A stretch of DNA of 63,851 nucleotides, filler included, from Cercozoa sp. M6MM (Eukaryota; Protista; Endomyxa: Ascetosporea): the NCBI GenBank assembly GCA_040357565.1. It is 10 parts of 10 records of this genome, joined end to end, with 100 filler letters (N's around TTAATTAATTAA, not from the genome) between each part and the next. Parts side by side here need not be neighbours in the genome. Positions count along the whole stretch, not along the records: positions 26,466 to 34,572 come from JBDODJ010000567.1; positions 34,673 to 35,868 come from JBDODJ010002123.1; positions 35,969 to 46,176 come from JBDODJ010000453.1; 7 more parts are not named here. One strand, written 5' to 3'. Below the pieces are notes generated by a model. It saw only the letters and a program-made list of their open reading frames with translations, did no database searches and had not been told where the DNA came from. The position numbers were made by a program, and so were the translations under genes. Shown one piece after another: positions 28,041 through 40,391 of this stretch. Each line of letters opens with the position of its first letter. Position 1 is the stretch's first letter.

Positions 28041-29641
28041 GCACACGGAAACAACGAGCGCTACCTGCTGCGGGAGACCCAGAGCAAGATTCACAAGCGG
28101 TAGTTGCAGCTGCATGAACAAACCAATTCGTTTAAGTATAATGAGGCAAGGATCGAAAAAGTGCCTGTGGAAGAACGTAGTCGCCCGTAAGCAAGGACTG
28201 CACACGAGTTGGATCCAAACATACACCAGCAAACTAGACACACAGCGCACAAGCAAAAACGTGAAGCGCACGCACCAAGAGATTGCTGATGTTGGACGGT
28301 TGTAGATCGCCAAGCTGAGGATGCGCCCACTTTGGACAAAAGACCAATCGTACACACACACACCCACACACCCACACACCGACACACACACTCACACACA
28401 CACACCGACACACACACACACACACCGACAGAGGCACATGATACGTTGCCTGCGGACTGCGACTTGGCATGAAACGTCGCGTTCTGTCGCTGCCTCTTGG
28501 CATCCCCACCATCCTGGGCGCACACCGACATACCAAAGCACACGCACATCGGCAGACGCAAACACACCTGCTGCGCGCGACGTCGCTTCTTCCGTTGTCT
28601 GTTGGCGGGGCGTGTTGTGTACCTGTACAGGACAGCACATGCACAGGTTCAACAGACACACAGACACACAGACACATCGCAAAGCAAACCAATTCTTGCG
28701 CCGGCCACGCAATGAACCGTGTCGCTTAGCGTACATGTAGCACGCGTTGCACAGCAGTTTCTACAGCACACACACCAAAGGTAGACAACCACATAGTGAC
28801 ACATTGAGTGAGAGTACATCTAGCGGTTTCGTGCAGCGCCAAGTTGGGGTTTCGGAACTACAGATACACGCGTATACTTTGCATCAACCACAAGGTACAA
28901 TGCAAGAAACGCACTGAGAGCAGTAGGTGCAACGTCGGCGACCGTTTTCATCCATGGGCGTAAAGTTACGCTCGCCGTCAGTGTTCTTGTCCACATCGGT
29001 CTGCGTACACTCACATACACGGCACTGCACTGGACCATGCTGCAAGATGGCTACCCCGGATTGGCCGGCTTCCGAGGGTGCTGTAGGGGCGTTCGGTGCC
29101 GGGACCGTCGTGGGTGCAGAGAGCTATCTCACGCACACAAATAATTAACACGCACGCAAATATCGAATGACGCCCCTTGTTGTTTAAGTACCTGCTCCTC
29201 AGACGGCGATTCGTCAACAACTGTAGCCACAGGCGGCGGCACACCCGCCACAGTCGCCACAACAGGTTGCACCGGCGAGACACCAGCGACATCGGCCGGC
29301 AGAGTCGCCTGCTGCGACTCGCCCGGTTGAGGCGCCGCCTTTGCCTCGGACTCGGCCGGTTGGACGACGGGCTGGACGACAGGCTGGGAGACCGGCGGCA
29401 ACTCCTGAACCGGCTCTGGTACGTCGGCTGGCTGAGGCTCGGCGTGCACAGTCAGCGGCCGGCCGTTGCTGCCTGCATCATCGTTGATGCCATCATCGGT
29501 GCGATCGGTGGTTTGCACGTCCGCAGCGGCAGCAGCCTCGGCGGCCTCCGAGAGCGCATCGCCGGGCGAGCCCGATTTCGTCGTAGTAGAAGACGCCGCT
29601 ACTTGCGCGCCGTCATCGATCGCACTCACGGACGACTCCAT
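26898..29641 (-). CDS. GATA zinc-finger transcription factor with Q/H-rich region
   Basis: Spliced finger CTYCSHSETPTWRCTKPLDKLLCNACYMYAKRHG (C-x2-C-x18-C-x2-C), basic tail RQRKKRRR, poly-Q/H, ending SDLVLRLLGNDPR*. Confidence 0.88.
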
Positions 29642-30409
29642 CGCCCTGCGGCCGGCAATCACAAAAGACACTATGATCAGCGAATGATCATGATCCACGA
29701 AAAACGCCCCCAAAACAACCACAGCAGGCCCCCTGTGGCCCCGAGCCACAGTGCGCTAAGTGAGCGATAATCTTCTGGTTGGGTCACATGATATCATGTG
29801 CCAAATGAGTGACCAAGAAGTGTCAAGAAATTGAAGGAAAATGACGTGGACACTGTCACGTGCGTGATTGTTCTTTTTGGGGGCAGGGGTGACTGGGTTG
29901 GAAGGTCGGTGGACTCTACCTTTGGGCGGGGACAGTGATGGTAGTGCTCCGCCTTCTACTTTCAACACGTGTGCACATCACCCCACGGAGATACAACACA
30001 GTCCATAGTATCGATACAGTACAGTGTGTGCCACCCGGCACACCGAAACGAAAGCACACCTGGCTCGCAACGGCTTCGTGCGTGTGAGACACCGCAGCCG
30101 CAACGAAACGATCGCGTTGCTGGCACAAAGCTGTGTACAGTGTCACGTCAGCAGTCTTGTGGGACAAGAGGTGCCCAAGCGTTTTAATTCATTAAACGCC
30201 AAACCTAGACAGCGCTCCGGACAAGGTCTCGGCAGACATCTCCCTGACGCTCATCTGGGTGTAATCCGCAGCGTGCACTTGATATTGCAACAGTACACAC
30301 ACATAGGTAAGGGCAATGTGCACTCGATTATTCCTTCTTGTGTTTGCTGGCTGTGCCAGAGCTTGTTTCTTGGCATGTGCCGAACTACACGTGTGTGTGC
30401 AGTAACACC

Positions 30410-30662
30410 ATGGCTGGACACGGACCGCCGACTCGTGAGTGGGGTGCCCTGTACCCGTTTGCGCTGTACGCGCTTTGGAAGGCTCCGTTCCAAATGCTGT
30501 CATCGTGGCGCTTGAAGACCTTTGGCGTGCCCGAATACGAGGTTCGCGCCATGGCCATTCAGAGCTACCTGCAGGAGCAGCGCGATGCCGCCCTCGTACA
30601 ATATTTCTTGACTTGATGATGCACTGATGTGACTTGCTGCCCAGGCCGCCGAGAAGAAGTAA
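30410..30662 (+). CDS. 67-aa microprotein, 2 coding exons
   Basis: MAGHGPPTREWGALYPFALYALWKAPFQMLSSWRLKTFGVPEYEVRAMAIQSYLQEQRDAAL|AAEKK*. A 49-nt GT-AG intron lies at 30596-30644, there is a probable 5'UTR intron (GTAAG...TGCAG), and codons are G/C-ending. Confidence 0.6.
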
Positions 30663-30951
30663 ACACCTCGAAATGCCTTTTGTTGCCACGTCCCGTTCTT
30701 TCAACACGTGCTGTACGCGTGGACATCCTGGGCGCCATCTAGTAGTTGAAGTCTGCCAGTGATTACCGAACTGAAGAAACCACACTACCGTTCATGCATG
30801 TCAGTTTTCCGAATTAAGTATAGAATGAGGCGATAGCGTTCAGCAGCGTTCAGCGAAAGCGAAGTGTACTCGACTGCGCTGCGTCTCTGGCAATTCAGGA
30901 GAGTGTGCTGATCAGCGCAGTCGTACTGGCGCGGTTTGCGTGAAGTTTCGT

Positions 30952-32029
30952 TTAAGAGGCATCTGACAAATTGTCAGTGCCGTGAAGGATGTCATGCAGT
31001 GGCTGCAGCACGCGAAACTCGAACGAAACGTCGTCGTCGTCAATGTCGTCGCTGCAAGCACGATACAAAACGAGCACACTGGCAATAGGATTTCGCTGTC
31101 TATTCAAGTACCTGTCGACACCGACTGTGCCGTTCTTGGACGTCATTGTGACTTGCAGCTCGGCCACGGAACAGTTAGGTGGCGAGCGCTCGCGCGTGAC
31201 ATCCTTCGCCTCCTGTAAGTGCGCAATCCAAGAGAGTACGAACAGACTGGGACAAAACAGTCAGCGGTACCATGCCAGACAACAAACGCACGATGCACTT
31301 GAGGATGAAACCATGTGCCACGAGAAGAACGTGACGAGCACCACGTCGTTTGGCCTGGAAGAAGGTACTCACGCGTCCTGGCACACAACAATACTTGTAC
31401 CTCAAGTGAAACAAGTCGCAGTCCTTTCTTGGCACGATCTAGCACTTCTTCTGAGAACAACAAAAGGGAACAATGCCTCTGCCTCTGCTTCTACATACGC
31501 GTACTGTAAGTACTCAGGCTGCACCAAGCGAGTCGCCAAGTCCGACACCTTCCGCACCGTCCTACTAATGTAAGTACATACAAAAATAGAAACACAGAGA
31601 AAAGTCTTGTACAATATCGTCGCAGAATTTGAACTCGAGGTTGCCGCTCTGCCAGTGTTCAAGCGCCCTGGCGTACTCTAAGCCCACACAGCACAGGAAA
31701 ATACTTTCACTGGCTATCCTGTAGTTGTAGATACGCTGCTGCGGGAGTGCATCGTCCCACATGAGTCCTTCCAAAACCCCCATGCCAATTTCTAACACAA
31801 CAAGAAACTAGTATGAAACATCTTCGTTCGTACAGACATACAAACAACGCAAGATACCGTTCCACTCAGGCAAGGCGACGTGCGGCAGCCCAAACTTCTG
31901 GATCGATGGTGCGGCTGTTTGCTTGGTGCGCTTCAACTGCACAAGCGGCGTCACGAGCATACCTATGAGACCACAAGCCAAAGGCAAAGGATACAGCAGA
32001 CGTGACGGCCAGATCGAACGGGTGTTCAT
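30952..32029 (-). CDS. Uncharacterised protein, possible mitochondrial presequence
   Basis: Acid-free N-terminus MNTRSIWPSRLL..., several GT-AG exons, ending DILHGTDNLSDAS*. Confidence 0.55.
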
Positions 32030-32300
32030 ACTGGCGCTTCGCCAGTACTTCGCTTAATCGATGTGCTTGCCTGCAATCATAGACAAAGAAAAGTCAAGGT
32101 TCTGGCATGGACACGTCCATTGGAGGAGGGGTGAAAAGTACGCTTCTCCCGTCACACTCAAGGAAGAGTCACATTCGGGGCCGCCGCAAGACGCATTTCC
32201 TTGCAATCTACCTGTGAACTCACATCGCAAAATTCGACAGACTGGTACCCACAAGCTTTTTTTGGAAAAAATCACCGATATTGTTGAACACGGTTTCGCC

Positions 32301-32611
32301 ATGGCGTACGACAGTGATATGCAACTTCATAGCGCTGAAGTGCCTCTAGTCCTTTGTTTTTTGTCCCTTTGTCTTGCAAAATCTTGCCAATAATTTTCAG
32401 GTTTTTCCTCAGCAACAATCAACGATCCGTGATGTCTGCTCGAAAAGTGCTCAATTTACAGCCGTTTCCGCTTTAACAACGCACTCTGTACGTAACCGCC
32501 TTCCATCACAGCCGTTTAGCACTTCAGTTTCGTTTCGTTTTTCCAGTCGGACAAATTGCCTCAAAGCCGTTGTCAACTGTCACGTCAATCAGGGAGGCTT
32601 ACATGCGCTAA
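32301..32611 (+). CDS. Possible very small 3-exon gene
   Basis: MAYDSDMQLHSAE|VFPQQQST...THSV|LGQIASKPLSTVTSIREAYMR*, using two plausible GT-AG introns. Confidence 0.3.
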
Positions 32612-32705
32612 TAACCCGACAGTGTCGATGGATGTCTATGCGACAAAATCGGCGTTGTGTCTTGTTCCATCTGCGGCTCGTCCACTGGAGAACATGTGAC
32701 GTGTT

Positions 32706-32746
<41 letters not shown>

Positions 32747-34550
32747 GAGAGAGCAACGTACCGCGCGCAGTGTCCCCTCGCAGCGGTTGCACGAACTGCA
32801 AAACACGACGAGCAAAGCGCTGCGGGATCTCTTGGTGCGGCAAGTGCCCACATCGCAACATCTAGCGGCAGCAGATTCGTTGCATACATGTGGCACATGT
32901 TACTGCTCAAGAATGCAAAAGAGTACCAGTTCAAGCTGCACACCGGGGCACGCAGAAGCCAGCGCTTCGCTCTGCGTGACTTGTACCAAGCGATCAGAGT
33001 CGCCGTGCAGCAGCAAAACGCGCGGCACCTGGCTCTCGCTGCTATCGTTGGCACTGGTATAATCATTACTGTTGCTGTCGTGCTTGACGTCATCACTCTT
33101 GGCGCGCAAGGCCAGCACTTGCTGCAGCAGCGCGCGTAGGTCCGTCGACTCCTGCTCGGCCGCGCGTGCCACCTCGAACAGCGCCTTCTCCCACTGGAGC
33201 AGCGACACCACGAAAATAACACGAGGCAAACAGGAGTGGCGAGACGGCTACCTCGGGCAGTCGCAGCGCGGCCTTGTACTGCCGTCGCACCCTGGCCGGC
33301 ATCTCGGCCGGATCGTAGAACGCGCGGCGAAGCGTGACGTCGCCCAGATCGCTGCGAACTAGCTGCGCTATTAGAGGACGGCCCAGAGACGTGCCCAGGA
33401 ACTGCCGCATCACAGTCGGCACACCACCACTCTGTGCACAAGTCATAAATACACACCGGAGGGGGGTAAACTAAACAAGAAGCACCGGTGAGGCCAGCAC
33501 GACAGCAGCCACACGCGCCGCATGACGACGCGCGAAACGCAGTGCTGTAGCGGCGCCGGTATCATGCGCTACCTATACAGCTCACTGCATGTCAACAACC
33601 TCACAGGGGCATACACGAAGGGAGAGGAGGTACAAGAACAAGACGCCGCGGACTCGTATCTGAGTTGACATGTCGCAAAAGCTGCTCCAGCACGCGCACT
33701 CCAAAGGCGTCCCTGCACACGCACGTTCGCATATCAACTCTATCATATTCACAGACAAGCAACACACGAATAAGGATTCGCATTGGTCGCTGTCGACCAG
33801 GTGCGCGGGCGGCTGGGACTCGAACCCTGGGGCTGTACAAACTGGTGTGAAAGCCAGCTAAATATAGCGAAAGCATACCGCAGTGACGTTGTCGGAATCT
33901 TGCGACATGCGTTCCGGTCGTGCAGACAGCGCAAAGCCGACGCGATCGACCGCCATGACACGAGCAAATCCACATGGCTACTCAGAAGGCGAGATATGAA
34001 TGAGTAGGACAAGATGGGTGGAGGGGATGGGGCACCAAAGTGGAGTCGGCCGGCGACTCTGCCTCGCCCAGCAGTGCCGGCAGCGCATCGTACCAGGTGA
34101 AAGCACCGCCACCAAAGCCATGCAGTAGCACACAGTCGAACTGTTCCTGTTGCACCTCAAACATACAAACAAGCGGCATACTTGCACAGTGCTTGATGGG
34201 CGTACCTCAACACCACGGTGGTGTCGGTGCAACTGCTGTTGCGCCAGCACGTAATGCACCGAAACGCCGTCGACGTCGAGCCACTGAGACGACGGGTGCG
34301 CCAGGAGCTGCTCGTCCGGCGTGAGCATGCCAGAGTGATCGTTGGAAAAACGCAGCAGCGGACTGCTCGGCGAGTGCACGACGTTGCTGCCGCTACCACC
34401 GGAGTGATTTACTGCGGTGTCGGTGCTGAGTCGCACGTCGAGCAGCGCGTCGTCGTCGTGCGGCAGCTTGTGGTACGCGTCGGGCGACACGGTCGGCACT
34501 GCTGTGCGCGACGACTGCTCGCGTTGCCGGTGCTGATCCAGTCGCACTGC
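32608..34550 (-). CDS. Alpha/beta-fold hydrolase (Asp nucleophile), 5'-partial
   Basis: CVLLHGFGGGAFTW, AVDRVGFALSARP, NPYS, nucleophile elbow LVAHDTGAATAL, LLHGDSDRLV, CGHLPHQE. Confidence 0.9.
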
Positions 34551-34672
34551 CCAGAAGCAGAGGGGGGGGGGGNNNNNNNNNNNNNNNNNNNNNNNNNNNN
34601 NNNNNNNNNNNNNNNNTTAATTAATTAANNNNNNNNNNNNNNNNNNNNNNNNNNNNNNNNNNNNNNNNNNNN

Positions 34673-34824
<152 letters not shown>

Positions 34825-34879
34825 TGGTGTGTGTGTGTGTGTGTGTGTGTTTTTGCGTTTCCTGATTGTTCTGGCGTGC

Positions 34880-35486
34880 AGAGCTGAGAATCCCAACACC
34901 GGCGCGGCTCTTTTTGCAACAGGTGTACTTCGACACTCGGCGGCACTTGTTGCGCCCGGACGTGCCCGAAGCGCCCGAGGAGGTACTGAAGAACGGTTTA
35001 CTCATTTCGCGACGGTTCAACGAAGCAGTTATTTGGTCCCTGTTGCCGTCGATCGCTTACGTGCTGCAATCTGAGGAAGACTTGGCGGTACAAGGGCCGC
35101 TCGAGTTTTGTACTCGCACCATCGTGAACTGGCCGGTTGACAAAGTACTCCACCTCCTAGAACAATGGACAAGGAGGTGCTGCATTGTCTGTGTTTGTAT
35201 TTTTGTGTTTCTGTAGTTGATCGGGTTTATTCCGCTGCTGCTGGTGTTGGGCATGCCACTGTGTTTCAACGGAACGCCGCAACCTCGCCTAGAACTACTG
35301 TGGCGGCGACCGGAAGTTCAGCCTCTGGTGCACCACTGCTGGATCCTCATGTCGCGCGTCCAACACGAGCACACCGATTTGTCCACGCTGTCAGGAGTGC
35401 GGATGAAGGCCCACATGACACTCTACGAGAGTACCGCAGAATCTCCTCAATGGATAATCTTCGGTGCAAACAATATGCTTGCGTGA
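34880..35486 (+). CDS. 3' end of an uncharacterised protein
   Basis: Two GT-AG-joined exons (VYFDTRRHLLRPDVPEAPEEVLKNG...WIIFGANNMLA*) on a 1.2-kb contig. Confidence 0.5.
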
Positions 35487-35998
35487 TTTTTGCGGCTAAC
35501 GGTAGATGCGGCGAGCCAGTGCTTTGAGATCTTACGTTCGATTGACGACGCTGAGGTAGGAGTGTCTACATGTATGTCGACATGTATTCGCATTTTTCCT
35601 TTTTGTGTATGTGCGGTATTTCGGATCCTGCCGGGGTGTTCCTTTATGTGTATGTGTGTATTCGCATTTGTGTATGTATTTGTGTTTGTATATATGCATG
35701 TATGTATGTATGTATGATGCATATGTGTTGTATGTATGTATTTATGTGTATTTTGCATTTGCGAGTGTATATTTGGACCAATCGTGTCTGAGCAGCAGTG
35801 CCGTAGATTGCTGGTGTGCTGTCGCGAGTTCTGCGGGGATTTCTGGGCTATGTGTCGCTTCGTCGGAANNNNNNNNNNNNNNNNNNNNNNNNNNNNNNNN
35901 NNNNNNNNNNNNTTAATTAATTAANNNNNNNNNNNNNNNNNNNNNNNNNNNNNNNNNNNNNNNNNNNNGGGGGGGGGGGGATAAGAGGCCAAGACTTA

Positions 35999-36598
35999 CG
36001 CGGTCCACTGTTGGCAGGTCCGGGTGGCGCTGTGCATGGGGAGTAGGGGGGTAAGGGGGATGGGGGGAGGGGGGGGGTTAAGGCGGTCGAGTACGTGGTC
36101 GGTTCGCCACAGGCGGCGGCGGACGCGCTACGGAAAGAGACACAATCACACAGACACACGGCCGTCCGCGCGGACTCAAAATACAATAACAAAGTATACA
36201 AGCAACAGGCGCCGGCGGCGGTGGTGAGCTTGCTTGCGCCGGTCCGGGCGGAGGCGGACGGTTCACAGTCTACATAGCCATACACACATACATACATTAA
36301 GCCCCCCTGAATACAACGAGTCCCAGATGAACCATACCGGCGGACCGGGTGGTCCAGGCGGACCCAACGGATTCGGCGGACCAGGCAATGACGGTTTCGG
36401 CGGTCCCGGCGGTCCAGGTTTCGGCGGACCAGGCGGCATGCTACCGGCCGCGGCGGCAGGCTGTCCCAGATGCCGGTGGATAGAAGAGGGGGTCACCGGC
36501 GGGGGGGGGGTAAACTCACAGCAGGCGGTCCAGGCGGCGGCACTGAACGCGGCGTCGCCGGCGCCGCCGAGTTCTGAAGCACACAGAGGCGTAGGTAG

Positions 36599-36647
<49 letters not shown>

Positions 36648-37490
36648 AGGGGTAAACTACCCGCGGCGACGACAGCGACGTCGACGTCGACGAGCGCGAC
36701 AACGAGGCGCTGCGGTAGGACGACACGCGACTCAGTGCCGGTGGCGCATCGCTGCCTGTGGGGGGGGGGGGGGGGCAACCCGGCCCCACAGCGGGGCCAA
36801 AGAGGGGGTCTAACTACCGGCAGCACTGGCGCGACTCTCCGAGACGCTCGGACGCGACGCCGACTCCGACGCGAGATTGGCGCGCCGACTTTCGTAGGCA
36901 TGGATCTCCTCGCTCAGCTCCGACAGGTCCGACGCCTGTACACACAAACCAATAGCTTACTCCCCTTCACCCCTAACCCACACCCATTTACCCTCTCACC
37001 CTTTGTGATGCCCAGAATGACAGCCGCGTGCTCAGCGAAATCAGCAGTCGTTTCTCCAATGTACAGCGTACTATCTGGGGGAGGGTAAAAGGGTGCGGGT
37101 TAGGGGTGAAGGGGAGTAAGCTATTGGTTTGTGTGTACAGGCGNNNNNNNNNNNNNNNNNNNNNNNNNNNNNNNNNNNNNNNNNNNNNNNNNNNNNNNNN
37201 NNNNNNNNNNNNNNNNNNNNNNNNNNNNNNNNNNNNNNNNNNNGGGGTAAACATGGGGTGAGGGTGGAGTTACGCGGACGCGAAGCGACCGGCGGCGGCG
37301 GCTGCGACACGGCCGGCGGGGCTATACACACATACAGCATGGACGGTCCACATTGGACAGTCCAACGAGGACAAGCCTACGCGGTCGGGTGGCAGCAGGA
37401 CCCGGCGGCGCTGTTTCGGGAGGGGTGTAAAAAGGGGGCAAAGGGGAGGGGTGAGTTACGCGGTCGGTTGGCCACAGGCGCAGGCGGGGC
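35999..37490 (-). CDS. Proline-rich (PPPAPVAxRP / PPGPP repeat) protein fragments, micro-exons
   Basis: GT-AG exons encoding ASDLSELSEEIHAYESRR..., PPGPPKPGPPGPP and PPPVANRP units. Interrupted by a 100-N gap at 37144-37243. Confidence 0.7.
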
Positions 37491-37500
37491 TATAATAAAA

Positions 37501-37548
<48 letters not shown>

Positions 37549-37553
37549 TGCAG

Positions 37554-38415
37554 CACCGCCGCCGGCGCCGGTGACGTCGAGCGGACCGCGTATGTTGTCC
37601 ATATGCATGCGCGTTTATACCCCCTCCTACCTTCCTGTAATGTTGATCTGCAGCGCCGCCTGCTCCTGTGGCCAGGCGACCGCGTATTTACCCCCTACCC
37701 CCCACCGCACCCCTGTGTATTCCTTGGACTGCTGGTATGTAGCGCCGCCTGGTCCGGCCGCGTCGCGACCACCGCCGCCGGCGCCTGTTGCGTCACAGCG
37801 TGCGTTTCTACCTCCCCCGTCTACCTCTTTACCCCCCCCCCCCCCCATTGTATCCCCTCGTGATGTACAGCACCACCGTCGGCGCCTGTGGCAGCGCGTG
37901 GACCGCGTACATATCTGTCTGCATAGCTTGTGTGCATAGTGCATGCACGTGCCGTGTGATTGCAGCACCACCCGGTCCGCCCGGACCGCCCAAGCCTCCT
38001 GGTCCGCCCGGACCGCCTGCTGCACCGATGGTACCTTGTATCCACATTGGTGGGTAGGGTGACCAGACACATGTGTGGGCGTGTTTGCAGTCGCGTGGCC
38101 CACCGCCGCCGGCGCCAGTGCAGGTAGACTATGTATGTATGTATGTATGTATGTATGTATGTATGTATGTATGTATGTATGTNNNNNNNNNNTGTATGTA
38201 TGTATGTATGTATGTATGTATGTATGTATGTATGTATGTGTGTACGTATGTATGTGTACTGCAGAGGGGTCCGCCGCCGCCGGCGCCTGTCGCGAGTGGT
38301 CCGCCGCCTGTGCCTGGTGCCCCTAGGCCTGACTCAATGACTTGACTGACTCAAAAATGACCTGACTGACTCACTGTGCTGTGCAGGCGCAGGACCGCCG
38401 CCGCCGCCTTTCTGA
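37554..38415 (+). CDS. 3' end of proline-rich micro-exon gene (probably the same gene as the adjacent minus-strand pieces)
   Basis: Eight small exons with the same repeat unit, ending AGPPPPPF* (TGA 38413-38415). Confidence 0.7.
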
Positions 38416-40391
38416 GAGCGCCCCTCTGCGTGTGGTGCTTCAGTCGGCCCGTGACTGTGCACCAGTGTGTGCGTACCTGTGCGTACGTAGTGTGTTAACT
38501 AATCCTCGTAATTATTGACCGACCGGGTCGAACCTTCCGGAACCCGTTCCCTATCATACACAGTCGCAGTCTCGAGCGGAGCTTTATTTCGTTGTTACGA
38601 TACCGCAGCCCTCTCAGATAGGATTAGGCCTTGGTAAGTTGAGGGTACTTTACCCAATGATACATAAAACTCAGCCACGTCAGAAAGTCAGTTCTTGGAG
38701 GGAGAGTGGCCAAGTGTCAGTTTGAAAGAGTGAGTTCCCCAACGGTTCAGTTGGGCGGCAAAGTACCGGTAGACGGGAAAGACACCTGTCGGATGTTTTT
38801 ATTGAGTTGGCGTGAAGGAAGGAAGAAGAAAGAAGAAGGGCCTCTGGAAAGGCAGAGGACGGGTAGAAGCGGAGACAAAGATCAGATTACCTGTTCGAGA
38901 GAGAACCCTTCTTTGAGTTCGCTGCAAAACTTGCTCCAAGGCTTCCCTATTCAACAGGTGTTCCACAGTCTGGACTGAAGCTCACAGTAGGTTAGGATAC
39001 CAGCGTGTATCCGAGATGCATGTGCATGTCGCTCTTGCTGGGTTGGAGATGCCCTCAAACGACCAACTGGCCGAGCTTGTTGTGCAACTAAAGTTGTGGA
39101 TTGTGTCACTAGTGCGCAGCATCTGGTGGTCGTTGTGTTTCAAAAAAATCGAGATTGCTTACAAAAACCTTCTGCTTGAGGTGCTCTTGCGTCTGTTGGT
39201 GCTCCCGCGAAAGATCTTGCCTTTAAAGCACAGACCGCGTCGCAAGATCAGCAGCGCAAAGCGAAACCACTTCAGGAACATTGAAGTTTCGGCTCTTCTT
39301 GCCACTCAGGTCACGGCAGTTTCCTGCTGCCGAAGCATCTAAAGAGCAGAGGGCAGTGCCTTTCTCAATCGAAGGCGCGCCGTCATCCTCTGCATGGAAT
39401 ATCGGAATAGAAGGTGCAATACGATACGGAATAAATTACAGCCGCTGGAATTCAAAGAAAAATCGTACATTATTGAGACTGTAATTTAGTTAACTGCTGG
39501 CGAAAGCAGGCAAAGCAATTTTGCTTCTTGTCAAAAATCTGGACGTTGATTGCTTTGCCGTTGTCGGCATTGGATCGCAGCGTGCTCGAGATGGTTGAGG
39601 CTAAAGCACCCTGTTGTATTTCTGGTCTGTTTGATAACTCTAGGATTAGTCGGAGCCACATATTCCTGTGTTGATCTGCATCTAAGTTTTAGCTTGCGTA
39701 CAGACCACGCCGGTGTTCCTGGGTCTGTGTTGTTTTGAATGTTGAGTCATAGTGTGGCATTGCTAATTAAGTAAATGCGCAACTGCAATAGTTCAGCGAT
39801 TTGCTGCCCCAGTCGGCAGTAAATTTTTAGTTCGCAGCTGCGGTGCCTTTTTAGTGGCGCTACGCCGACCGCAGTTCGGTTAGGCTGGGTAACACACTCA
39901 CTTTAACAGGAAGGACAGAGCGAGATATAAAAAAGTGCACAGAAATGCACACTTCTCCATCGGACATTCCTGTTGGCCTCACCGACGATCCACGAACGTA
40001 ACTACAGCATACAGTAGGAAAATACTACAGGGCTCGTACAACTAAAATTTTTAGTTAGGGGTGTCGGTGGTTCACAGAAGCAACATTGACCACAAACTTC
40101 TTTACTGTTAAAATTACTGTAAATATGTTCGACCTATCGAATCTTAGTCATCGTGGCAGCAAAACCTCCCCGAGCCAACCTTTATGTGGTTCATAAATGG
40201 TCACAGTGTTGTAGTGTGTTTATATGTGTGTTGTGCTCATGGAGCCCCTGGCATTAACGCAATCAGATTGCAGCTCTTCATTTTTTATTTTTAATCCATG
40301 AAACATTTTTCGTCCGACAGAGCCACTGCGCTGTGGTCCAGATATCGTATGTATCGTATGCAACTCGGAGTATCAAAAACTGTCGACTGAA

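Noticed and set aside
33805-33880. tRNA-Glu-like sequence on the minus strand (GGGTTCGAGTCCC T-arm, CTTTCAC loop)
   Set aside because: There is no acceptor stem or D-arm, and the T-arm-like part is in-frame hydrolase exon (PQGSSPSRP).
38420-40380. Transposon or gene in the ORF-poor interval
   Set aside because: No transposase or reverse-transcriptase motifs, terminal repeats or coherent spliced frame could be supported.
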